Below are positions 20,328-31,289 of a stretch of DNA of 64,000 bases, one piece after another. The stretch is from Blastocladiella emersonii ATCC 22665. Its lineage: Eukaryota > Fungi > Blastocladiomycota. Numbering within the stretch: position 1 is the first letter of the stretch; the number at the start of each line of letters is the position of its first letter. The notes below the pieces were generated by a model. That model was not told where the DNA came from. It worked only from the letters and a program-made list of their open reading frames with translations, and searched no databases. The position numbers and the translations under genes are program-made. The DNA is taken from contig JANHCV010000006.1 in assembly GCA_025594325.1 (NCBI GenBank), positions 496,001 to 560,000 of the forward strand, in the 5' to 3' direction.

Positions 20328-22194
20328 GGTCGCGGAGAGTTCCACTGGCGCTTACATTCATCAGGGTGATCTCACCGATCTCAGTGCTTCCCCTCTCGCT
20401 GGCCGCGACGGCGGCCGCGGCGACGGCGGGCGGCGTAGGTGAGTGGCGCAGCGCCATCGCGTGACCTCACTTGATGCGTTGCGGGGCGAGCGGGGTGCAC
20501 GAGACGCTGGCGGGACGCCTGCGGCGGCAAGCTGGCGCAGCGAGAACGTGGAATGGAACGCGAAAAGAAGCCGCGAAAGAGTGTGTTTCAGAGCTCGCAA
20601 ACGACCTCGTGTTCAGTTCCCAGTGAAAACGACTGTATGCGTGGTTCGCAGGGCCGGCTCGCTAAACGAGCCTATAGTCTTATGAGGACGCGAGCTCACC
20701 GGCACATGTCCGCTCGGACCGCACGCGTTCACGCTTCTCATCCTCTCTCGCGACCGTCAGCCAGCGCTGAAAAATCGATCAAAAAAGGTGCAAAAAATCT
20801 GCATTCAGGGAGCCGTGCTTTTTAAGGGTTACAATGGCGAAGCGATGGGCCGTGAAACAGCGTTGGCCTCGTGCGTCAACTCTCTGATGTATTGTAGAAG
20901 GGAATCGAGAGATTGTAGCGTTTTTGACCCGATGCAAGCGAGGGTTTCATATCCTGGCAGCAACGCTAGAGCCGGCGGTATGAGTACCACTAGATCATGA
21001 ACTACGTCAACGCTTGTCTCCGCTTCGTTGTTTTGGGCACGCGCGCCGCAGCGAAGGTCGCGCTTAGTCTGAGCGTCAACAACTCCCGCGACCACAATGG
21101 TTGTATGCAAGCGGACGGGTGAGCCTAGGTAGCAACAGCCACTGGCCCAGCAGCAGGCAACAAAGGTTGAGGACCGTCTCGGGCAGCGACGTTCTGCAAC
21201 GCCCATGACCGTGGCCGTGGTCGCGGTCGCGGTCGCGGTCGCGCACAGGAAGGACAATGATCGCGACTGTGACCTGTGTTCGAGGTTGCTATCCTTGGAT
21301 CAGTCATGGTTGCTTACTGGTCACCCCTCTTTTCGGCTTGTCTGCGTATCCAATCCGCCCCGTCTCGAGACCCCCAAGGAGAACAACGCCCTTCTGCACC
21401 CTTTTGATTGAGAGATTCGTTGCTCTTTCCCTCATAAGCGACAGTCCCGACTCGGGAGACAGGGCGCTTCGGACGTGAAAGGTGTTGTAAAATCGCGTGA
21501 CCTGATCACGCGTCGCGCGCGAGACGCGGCTCAAACTGAGGATCGGCTCGTTTTTTTGTACCATAAACGTGATTGGGGTCAAGATCTGCGCGACGAAGGC
21601 TACCGCGGCGTCGCGAGCTGCGCGTGCGGCGTCGACCTTTTTCGCCAAAACCTCGTCATCATTCCCGTGCACCGGTATCGCATGATGATCGTGTTTCCTG
21701 AAGCTCATTGAATAAATTTCACTGAATGTTAAAAGAACGGAAGTGTTGCGTAAAACGTGCCTATCGTGGTAGAGCCGTTTTGAACGGTGGATCTTGTCAC
21801 TCAACAGATTAAGAGTCTCAGTGTTCGAAGCCGGCTGCGGCCCATTGGGCGAACGACTTGCTCCGTCCTTCGCAGACAAACACGCTTCACAGAGGACAAC
21901 TCGCGGTCGGACCTACGGGCCACCGGTGTTGGGAGGGAGTGTTGCGTAAAACGTGCCTATTGTGGTTATGGCGGCTCAAGCCCCGCCACCGCCCGCCACC
22001 GCATCGCGCTTTTGCAGATCGCACTTCGCGTCCGTGTGCCACACCACCACGTGATAAATGAACGCGTCTCCGCTGTCTCGCGCGGTCACATGAGCTCGCC
22101 TGATGCGAAGCGATCAATGAATGCGGTCGGCGGCGACGAAAAATCAGGGGACGGTCACCGCGGCCGCCCGTTTCTAGCCCCGTAAACCACGGCC

Positions 22195-22860
22195 ATGAAG
22201 CTGAATGCACTACCCGTTTCCTTGGACGAGCTCGTGCACCTATGGTTTATCCATGGCTGCAACGACAAGGCGACGTCCGAGGAGCTCAAACGTCGCTATC
22301 TGAGTACGTGGCTCACCACCCGCCACGGAGAAGCTCAAGGAGCGCGGAGACACCACACGGCCGTGAGCCTCGAACTTGTTTTGACAACCACGTCCGCTCC
22401 CTCGCGTAGTTTCGGCGTGTGCTTGTTCGCTGGCGTCGAATCGTACTCGCGCATGATCTTCTACATACACGCCGTCACGCGCAAGACGTCCATGGTCGCG
22501 TACAGCTGCTTCTGGTACGACTTTTTCTTGGACGCCCGCTCGCCCGCGCTCGCGCTGACGCGCCCAACGTGTTCGTAGCGCCGCGATCACGGCGTAAGCA
22601 TGTTCGACCAGGTTCTCGTCGACAGCGGGAGCGAGAGCAACCGGCTCGAGTTCGTGCAGGTCCAGCTTCACAACCACCTTCCTCCAACCCGCGGCATGGG
22701 TCCCGCGGTCCAGCGCGTCGCGTCCACGGCCAACATCCGCGTCGAGTACCCGTGGCGGTACCCAAACCGCAGCGTATCCGAGCTGCGGCTTGGGACCCTC
22801 GACCGCATGGATATCGACGGCCATTTCGACCTCTCGGACCCCATGCACAAGTTCACGCGT
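22195..22860 (+). pseudogene. Integrase-core (rve-like) DDE transposase, intron-containing, frameshifted and internally deleted
   Basis: FGVCLFAGVESYSRMIFYIHA (~GFVIHGGIDGYSRxIxYL), DQVLVDSGSES (second D), ASTANIRVEYPWR (~STHNQRIERLWR, E). Intron GTACGA..GCTGAC..TAG ends at 22578, followed by an apparent 1-bp loss. Confidence 0.75.
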
Positions 22861-23239
22861 GCGCGAGATCAGTCGCCCAACTGCCTGGATTCTGCGTCGA
22901 ATTATGCTCCTACATCCTCACCTTCATCGAGATCACGAAGCAGCTCTCTGAATCGATTGAAATATAGTTGTGCACAACCCTGACCGTCTTGAGAAGAACT
23001 TGGGAGAACTCGATTGGCGTTTCGACCCACAAATCGCTGGGTCGCGAGGAATGAACAATTTGGCCATGGTTGGCACGATGGCCATGGTCATGGCCATCGT
23101 GATCCGTTCCGATCCCGCTCAAAGGACGCCAAAAAAGCGAAGTAGGAACGAAAAGGGATACTTTTTTTTGACGTGGAAACGAAACTAATAGCGAGAATAC
23201 GAGAACATGAGAAAACGAGATGCAGGGGGCGATTTGCAA

Positions 23240-24079
23240 CTAGATCGACCGCAGACTATGTTGAACCCAGCGAGCGGAGTCGATCGCGTGAAGCTTGAAG
23301 CCAGCGGGACCGTCGTACACCGCGCTTCTGCCAGGAACCGGCGCCTTGGCCTCGGCCGGCAGAACCAGGTCAACGGGACGCTCGCGGGCCATGATCTGCG
23401 TGACGACGCACTGGGCCCCAGTGCCGCCGTGCATCTTGACGGAGTCGCAGCACCCGCGGTGCTCGGCGCGAACGCTGGACAGCTTGGCGTTGAACTTGTT
23501 GACGGCTGCGGGGTACGAGGCGACGTGCTCCGCGATGTACGCGAGCTCGTTGAACGCACGCAGCGTACCATGACCACGTAACTCGAGGGACTTGTTGAGC
23601 TGCCGCCGTAGGTGAACAATCAGCGCAGCAACAAAGGTACCATCCGCTTCCGCGAGTTTGGTCAGCGGCGCGAGCTATAGCAAGTGCGACTTGGTGCATA
23701 AGTTCACGAGCGGGCGGGGTCCGCGGATCGGAGGCAAGACGCGCACCGACATGCTCGACCTGCGAGAAGCAAGCGTCCACGGGGTGAAAAACGTCGCGCC
23801 TGGCAACGTGGCCCAGTTGTTGTCGACCTCGCAGCGGCCGCACCAGAGGATGGGTCGATCGAGAGCCATCGAGTCTATGATCTCCTCGGCGCAGCGGACG
23901 CACACGGCGAGCGAGCACGAACCGCACGCGTGAACGTACAGGGTCTTACACGCCGGGTAGGCTAGATTATTGCCCGTGAGCGTCGGCGAACGATCCCATG
24001 CCAGCCGTGAAAGGAAAAAACGTACCACAGCGACTACAGACCGTGCTCTTGACCGCCGCGTCGTCATTGTCACCGTCAA
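23240..24079 (-). CDS. Second, Cys-rich (putative Zn-binding) protein of the IS3EU-like element, probably spliced
   Basis: ACKTLYVHACGSCSLAVCVRC..WCGRC. The TAG at 23675-77 fits the acceptor of an in-frame GTGCGC..TAG intron; the frame is then open to 23240. Confidence 0.5.
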
Positions 24080-25337
24080 AGTCGGTATAGAGTTGAACAG
24101 TCGTCATGGTGAACGACGTCTGCGTCGCATTTGGGCCTCGAAAGCAGGATGAGGTCGGGCTAAGCAGAGCTCTCGCCAGCTGGTTGCAGCAACCGTTCCA
24201 TATTTCGTCGCCGCCGACGCCGACGTTGATCGACGAGCGTCAGCCGAGCTCATGTGACCGCGCGAGACAGTGGAGACGCGTTCATTTATCACGTGTTGGT
24301 GTGGCGCACGGACGCGAAGTGCGATCTGCAAAAGCGCGACGCGGTGGCGGGCGGTGGCGGGGCTTGAGCCGCCATAATCGTGGTAGAGCCGTTTTGAACG
24401 GTGGATCTTGTCACTCAACAGGAAGTGATCTTCGCCGCCGGTCCCGGCGCGAAGCGAGAGCACGAAATGAACGACGCGTCGCACGCGCGTCGCGCCACAC
24501 GGTTTCAGCCGTGCTTTGCGCGTTGTCCGCGTACGCGAAGAGGCATGGAATCGAAAGACCCTCAGGCTTCACGCGTAACCCGTACGACGCGTAAAGCGTA
24601 TCAAGGAAATCATCGGAAAACGGGCGAAACGCTTCAACAAGCGATGGGCCCCATCCGAGAGCTGCGGTAGATTGAGTACGGGTGTATTTCGCAAGTTCGC
24701 TCGGTCTCAGAGACCTGGGCGTCGATCAGGCCAGACAAGCTTTCTCGCATACCATTAAACCGCAACTCGAAGTGCCGAACAAGCGACGTCTCAAGCTGGC
24801 GTCTAGTACGAGGTTAACCTTCAATCCGCGTGCCGAAGGGTGCTTTCCGGGTTGCCTCTAACTCTTCACCAGTGACGCTATGCGCGACGCGGAATCTTCA
24901 CGCGCGAAGGATAGTGGGCGAGCAAGCGACGTCGCGCGTCGCAACGCGCGCAAGTGCGATGTCCGACCTCGCCCGCGCAAGCGCAGCAGCGCGCTCAACC
25001 ATGTCCATTTAAGTGAAGACATAAAGTGATTGCATAAAGTCTGGTTGCTTTACGGGGAGCGATTCATGTGGTCCATAGCTTGCAAGGAGAGCGTGCGCGT
25101 GGTGCGAGCCGAGAGACTGTGGCGTCGCCTGTGCTCAGCAGCACGTGCGTGGCTCAGCGCGCTTGCCCTTCCTGCTTCAGTCCTGCGCACGCGTGCCCAT
25201 GTGGGCCGACGTCTTTGTTGCGCTCACGAGCTGCCCTCGACTGTGGCGTACCCCGACGCCCGCAAAGGAGAGGACAAAGCTGGCCTTCGCCCCCTCCCTC
25301 TCCCGTGTCCGCTCGTCGCCTGGAAGCAGACACAACC

Positions 25338-26698
25338 ATGACCATGTATCGACACCTTGTTCTTGCTCTCGTGACGTTCCTCGCCTCTGGCGTCCATCTC
25401 GCGACCGCGTATGAGTCCACCCTATTGCACGACATCCGTTTCAGGCGCTCCTCGCTCATGAACCGCCGCTGCGCTCGCTAGTGGATACCTTGTCAACGTT
25501 GGGCTGGCGCACATCGAGGACCAGCGGCACAACGCCGGCCGCTGCCTTGACTTCTCAAAGGCCACTGCGAGTACGTCTCTGATCGCCCGCCTTGCCTGGT
25601 GCTGCCGAACAGGCTGCTGATGCTCCACGCTCATGCTATACGGCCAGTCTGCCAAGGCGCAGCTGTGGGCGTGCGTGAACCAGTCGGGCTATGTGAATGA
25701 CCCAGGGTTTGCGGACTCCCCGCACAACCACCAGACTCGCTACGCTGGATATTACGTGGTTGGGACAACTCACTTGATCGCCAACTTGTACGTCATCGAC
25801 CCAGGCGCCCTTGTGTTCAAGTCACTGACAAACTAACGTTCGCAACGACCTGGTTCCGCATGTTAGCATCCAGCACCACCACAACGGCGTTGACTACTGC
25901 CTTGAAGTGGCCGAGGGCAAGGCGTACGCGGGCGCGGAGGTACGCTGGTGGAAGTGGTACGTGGACTCGATCGTCAAACTCGCGCACGCGGCCATCGACT
26001 TCTCGACTAACAAGCCGCTTCTGGCTCGTGTCCCGATCAGCAATGGTACCCCGGCGCAAAAGTGGATCTGGACCAAATCGGTTGAAGGGTACCTGCTCAA
26101 TTCTGCCCTGAACCGACAGCTGTGTCTTGATCCCGAGGGCGGTACGTTAATTCAGTGCTCGTTCGCACACAACCCGCGGACTCTCACGCACAGCCCCTCT
26201 GTAGCTTCCAGCGGCGATCGCAACGGGCAGCGGCTGCAGCTTTGGAACTGCGAGCGCACGAACTGGAAGTCGGCGCAGGAGTTTGCCACGCTTGACCTGG
26301 GCCGCACCAACGGGCTCTTCGACATGCGCCGCGAGTGCCACGCGCAGTCTTCGCCTCGCGAGGTGTGCACCATCAGCTGCAACTACCGCAACAAGTGGAA
26401 GCCGTTCTGGTACGACGGCATCACCTACTCGTGCGGGCACCCGAACGGGCCCAACAGGTCGCCCGTGTGCGTGACCAACATCCACCCAGACCAGGAGCCA
26501 CACGACTGGGAGCCTGAGGGGGAGCCGCTGTGCTCCTGCGAGTGCTCCCCGCGTGGCGGCGGGCCCGATTCGGCCGCCGGCTCTAACCGCACACGTACTC
26601 GCAAGATCGCGCTCACGGGCAGTGCCGGCCTTGCCACCAAGGCGGCGACGAAGGCGGCGGCGACCAAGGCGGCCGCTGCCGCGACCCCGACCCTTTGA
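25338..26698 (+). CDS. Secreted ricin-B (beta-trefoil, QxW) lectin-domain protein with Cys-rich C-terminus, ~5 introns
   Basis: Signal peptide MYRHLVLALVTFLASGVHLATA. Spliced repeats GRCLDF, AQLWAC, YCLEVAEG..EVRWWKCNGTPAQKW, LCLDP..LQLWNC. GTA(C/T)G donors with CTAAC/CTGAC-like branch sites. Confidence 0.75.
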
Positions 26699-27243
26699 TT
26701 TCCCTCGCTCATCGATTTTGACCACTGCTGCCCACCTTCCTCCCCTCGGGTCTGTTCGTGCGCATTGCGGCAAGTGTATACAGTTTTATCCATTCGTATT
26801 GCATCCCTTGTGAGAGAGATAGCTTACTTTGTCGCGAAGGGAAGCAGTTCAGGGCGTCGCTGAGTATCGACTCTGCTCCCAACCGCGCGAGACTCAAAAC
26901 GTTCGTCCCGCGACAAATTTCGAGAGGGCTCGAGCATGATTCGGCGTTCCTTGGAGGTTGTTGCATGGAGTTGCATCAACATTCGTCAATGTATAAGCGA
27001 TCATCGGCGGCGGAGTGGGAATCAAGGGAACTTGGTGGGAATGACGCGGGAGCGCGACATGAACGACGCGTCGTTTGCCGTGGCGTTTCACTCCGCACAC
27101 CAGTTAGACTCGCGACCCTACTCTTTCTCGAGAAAGGTTTATACACAAGAGAGGGGAAATGTATTCGCGCACAGGCTCTACGCGCCAAGGCCCGCGCGCC
27201 GTCTATGAAAACTCTACTGTTACTGTTAGACCGACCAGCCCGT

Positions 27244-30200
27244 CTACCGCACCTCGCGGAGGCGGAGCGCGATGAGCGCGCCGACAGCGACGAGGAGGAC
27301 GACGTGGATCGCGACGAGCACGAGCAAGTCACGGAGGTAGCTTCCGGTCGAGTATCCGAAGATGGACGTGAGGATGAGCGAACCGGACACGTTGACCGAG
27401 ACCCCACCGAAGTTGTCCTGGACAAGGAGCCCCTCGATCTCGTTGACGGCGAGGGCCTCGGTCGCGTACCGGAAGTACGACACGTACTGGAGCCATCGGA
27501 TCGCGTTGGGCATGGCGTTGGCGTTGATGAGGACGCCCGAGAAGAGCGACAGGAACAGCGTGGTGAGTGCGCCGACGAGGTTGGCGAGCGCCACGTCCCA
27601 CATGAGCACGGCGAGCGCCATGCACACGAGCGCCGAGATGCCCGAGAACAGGACCAGCACCGCCATGTACTTGGCGTAGTGCGCGAGCGACAGCTGGAAC
27701 CCGATCATGAAGTAGGCGATCGACCCCATGACGACCGTCGGCACGATGCGCAGCGGGATCAGGTCGAGGAGGAGTTTCGACACGAAATACGCCGACGGCT
27801 TGTAGCTGGCGTTGCCGCGCTCGCGGATGAACAGCAGCCGGTCCTCGGCCATGCCGCCGAGCGCCGACAGCGCGGCGAACGCCGTCAGGGACTCGAGGAA
27901 GAAGACGGACCCGAGCCGGTTCTGCAGCCCGGCAATGGTCGCGGGCGCGTGGAAGTAGACGCCGCCGAGGAACACGCCCAGCACTACCGCCAGCGCGTTG
28001 TGCCCGATCAGCAGCCGCGGGTTGCGCACCAGGCACCGCGCGTTGCGCGCCAGCAGCTGCGTGATCTGCGTCAGGTACGACACCTGATACGTCGCCGTCG
28101 CCGCAGACCCGCGGGATCGATGACGCGACCCGGACAGCGACCCGGATAGCGACGTCGTGGTCTGCGACGAGTGCGAGATGGTGCGCAGCCGCATCCCCTC
28201 GAGCTGCTGCTCGGCGTGCTCGAGCTCGGTGCTGCCCGTCGGCGACATGGGCGGGCCCTCGCGGAACGTGCGCGGTTCCGAGCCGGCGGCGGCGGCGGCG
28301 AGACCGGCGGGACCGGCGGCGGCCTTGGACGACGCGGCGGTGGTCCGCTCGCGCATCTCGATCTTGGTGACAATGGACGACTCGGACGCGTCGCCGCCGG
28401 CGCCGGTCCCCGCGGCCGCGGCCGAGTCCCACGCGGGGACCGACCACACGACCGTCGACTCGGGCGAGTTGGGCAGGTCGTCGTCCTCGTCGTCGCCATG
28501 GCCGCGCGCGGCGGCCGCCTCGGCGAGAATCGAGGCGCGGATCGGGCCGGGCGACTGCGGTTTCAGCTCGAGGTCGACGGCGACGTCGAGCAGGTGGTCG
28601 GCGACATTGTACTGAGCGGGACACGGGAACCCGAGGCGCGCGAAATAGGCGGCGGCGGCGCGGGCGGGTCCGTGGTACAGGACGTTACCGCGGGCGAGGA
28701 GCAGGACCTGGTCGAAGAGCGCGTACACGTCGCTGCGCGGCTGGTGGATGGTGCACACGATGGTCTTGTTCTGCTTGTGGGCGAGCTCGGCGAGCGTCTC
28801 GAGCAGTTTGCGGGTGTTGCTCGAGTCGAGGCCCGAGCTCGGCTCGTCGAGGAGCAGAAGTGCCGGGCGGGTGACGAGCTCGGTGGCGATCGAGACGCGG
28901 CGGCGCTCGCCGCCCGAGATGCCGCGGAAGTAGCCCGACCCGCCGATGCGCGTGTGGCGGATGTGGTGGATGTTGAGGTCGCGCAGGACGCCGTCGATGA
29001 TGTCGCGCTTGTTGTCGTGCGGGAGCGACTCGGGGAGCCGCGTGTTGGCGACGAACCACAGCGACTCCTCGACCGTGAGCCAGGGGAGCAGCACGTCCTC
29101 CTGGTCGACGAACCCGAGCGAGTGCCGCAGGTGCTTGTCGCCCATGGCGATGCGCTCGCCGTCGAGCTCGAACTCGGCGCGCACGGTCCCCGACTTGCGC
29201 TTGTGGGCCAGGATATCGAGCGCAGACGATTTCCCCGCGCCCGACGGACCCAGAATGGCCGTCAGGGTGCCCGCGGGGAAGGTAGCGGAGACGTTGGACA
29301 GGATGCGCTTGTCGCCGACCTCGTAGTGCAGGTTGGCGACCGAGTAGGCCATGCCCGAGGCGGCGGGCGGCACGGGCACGCGCCGGAAGCTGTCGCGCTG
29401 GCGCTTGCCGAGGAACAGGGCAAGGAGGAGGCCGAGGAGCAGGGCGCCGACTACGCTGACGCCCGAGATCTCGCCGACGGACCAGCTGCTCAGGGCCGAC
29501 TACATACTTTTGAGTCAGCGCTCAGCTAGCCGAAGAGACAGCAACCCAAGAAGCGTACCGAACCACCGATGGCGGGCGGCGCGTCCGAGGCGTAGGCGCA
29601 CTCGCCGTTGAGGCAATTGTCCATCTTGAGCCCGTTCGGGAACAGGGCGTCGAGGGCGCCGCCGAGCTTGAAGGTACACGAGTTGCCGCCGGTCCACTCG
29701 CGGACGGTACGTCCGTTGACGACGCGCTCGGAGACCTTGGCAATGGTCGTGGCGTTACCGGCGGGGCTGGCGGGGTCGAGCGGGCACGTCATGACAAACG
29801 GGCCGGGGAGGTCGCGCAGGGCCTGGGTGATATCGAGCGAGTTGCCGCCGCCGCACATGTCGGTGCGGGCGATGCACTTGCACTGGACCGAGGAGCAGGT
29901 CCAGGTATCGACGGGCGGGGTGGCGACGGACCCGTCGGCGGCGAGGACGGCGGGGGCGACCGAGGGCGTGCACTGGCCGACCTGGCACGAGAACTGGAGC
30001 ACCTTCTTGAGCCAGATGGACGCGAGGACCGACTTGGTCTGCAGGTTGCGCGCCATGGACACCTCCATGAGGCCGGGGAACACGCCCTTGACCTCGGGCG
30101 ACGTGATCTCGCACTGCATGTGGTGGCGGCGGAAGACGCGCGGCGTCATGTTGCAGATGCGCGGCTCGCCGTCGCGGCGCTCCTCGGGCGGCACGTTCGC

Positions 30201-30533
30201 CGTCGACGCGCACGCCGCGTCGCGGAGGCACGTGTTGCAGTTGATGCCGGCGAACCCGTCGTCGCACTGGCACTCGGACCGGTCGGGCCGCGGCGCGCGC
30301 AGCTCGGCGGGCACGTTGGTCGAGTTGCACGACGCCAGCCCGCAGTCCTTGCCCGCGAGCCCGTCGGGGCACTTGCAGTTGCCGTTGACGCACTGGCCGA
30401 AGTTGAGGCAGCCCTCGGACGCGCACGTGAAGCACGTCGGGCACACCGGGCACTGCGTCGGCGACGCGCCGGGGAACTGCGGCGCCACGGTGCCCGTCGC
30501 CGTCGACGTTGGCGGGCGTGACGTGCTGCTCAT
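27244..30533 (-). CDS. ADP1: ABCG half-transporter with N-terminal EGF-like Cys-rich ectodomain (ADP1-type)
   Basis: EGF-like CLNFGQCVNGNCKCPDGLAGKDC and CQCDDGFAGINC. After an intron near 29500-29560 come a TM helix, Walker A GPSGAGKS, signature ISGGERRR, Walker B LLLLDEP and an ABC2 membrane domain. The true start is uncertain. Confidence 0.85.
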
Positions 30534-31289
30534 GGTGCTGGCCGCGATCGGGTGGTGGTGGTGGTGGAAGCGGGGTCAGGGACCGCCGAGGTTGAGTGGC
30601 CCCAGTGTGGCGTCGTTCGTCGTCGACTGGGTGATGTCCGCGGTGATGCTCGGCGAGGGGGGGCGGCGTTCGTCGAGTGCCGGCGGCCGATGCGTCGGCC
30701 AGGAGCGACGCGGTGCAGATGGTGGGAGAGCGAATTCACCAAGGGCGGCGGTGCAGATGCATGGAGTTGTGTGAGCTGTGGCGGCGAAGTTGGGGTCGCC
30801 TCGAGAGCAGGCAGGCCGCTCGCTCGCCTGCTCGAACGAGCGGCAGGGTTTGCTCAGTGTGGCGTATCACTCGGCGAACCGCCGGAAAACTCGCAAAACC
30901 AGCTGCAAAACCAGGTCACGCGCGCCCCAGGAGACGCGTCACGCGACCGCGACTGACCGACTCGCGCGCGCTTGCGACGCCGCCGTCGTTGTCGCCATCG
31001 TCGCCGTTTCGCTACCTAACGAGGACGACGAAGTGTCGACGACGACGAGGAGGACGTATTGCAACGCATCAACACCCTGCTCTCCTTCGCGCGCGCCGTG
31101 CTGCACATTCTGTACGCGCCCCCTCCCTGCCCCCGCCACCTTCTCCCTCCTACCTCGGGCGTGCTCGTGGCGCAGCGAGTTGCTACTTTATATCCATCCA
31201 ATCCTGCCCAATCGCGAGGGAGCGCGCAACGCACGGCCGACTAACGCGTCGCCCGCCCCTCTCAGTCTCTAGCAAAAACACAACTCAAC

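Larger units (their letters stand above)
19076..20635 (-). mobile_element. Non-autonomous Tc1/mariner-IS630 superfamily DNA transposon, 1560 bp, 256-bp TIRs, TA target duplication
   Basis: TIRs 19076-19331 and 20380-20635 are 255/256 identical (compared by hand) and begin CAGTCG. TA at 19074-75 and 20636-37. Internal HTH transposase fragment. Confidence 0.92.
21966..24377. mobile_element. IS3/IS481-type (IS3EU-like) DNA transposon with ~180-bp TIRs and two convergent genes
   Basis: Ends (T)TATGGCGGCTCAAG... / ...CTTGAGCCGCCATA(A), near-identical for ~140 bp. TSD t[t/c]gtgg (6 bp, or 8 bp at[t/c]gtggt depending on end assignment). The empty target is visible in LTR1. Confidence 0.88.
21744..24420 (+). 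mobile_element. TRIM-like miniature LTR retroelement (63-bp LTRs, 133-bp internal region), 3' LTR interrupted
   Basis: LTR1 21744-21806 is TGTTG...CAACA. LTR2 = 21940-21965 + 24378-24420 and is identical apart from the nested TSD. A 5-bp TSD GGAAG sits at 21739-43 and 24421-25. Purine tract GGGAGGGAG lies immediately before LTR2. Confidence 0.88.
21475..24720 (+). pseudogene. Ulp1/C48 SUMO-protease pseudogene split by the TRIM insertion
   Basis: FLYHK..DEGYRGVASCACGVDLFRQNLVIIPVH (~FFYxKL..GYxxVxRWxxxVDIFxxDLIxIPxH). The HW motif reads CAT TGA. LNVKRTEVIF is rebuilt across the GGAAG TSD. A GVFRKFA piece near 24680 resembles DCGVFxCKF. Confidence 0.6.

Noticed and set aside
21760-21840. tRNA/Pol III-like boxes (GTGGTAGAGC and GTTCGAAGCC) in the TRIM
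   Set aside because: No acceptor, D or T stems can be formed; kept only as a weak hint.
24460-27075. Shared 15-mer ATGAACGACGCGTCG near 24467 and 27059
   Set aside because: Similarity does not extend and there is no TSD; probably chance.
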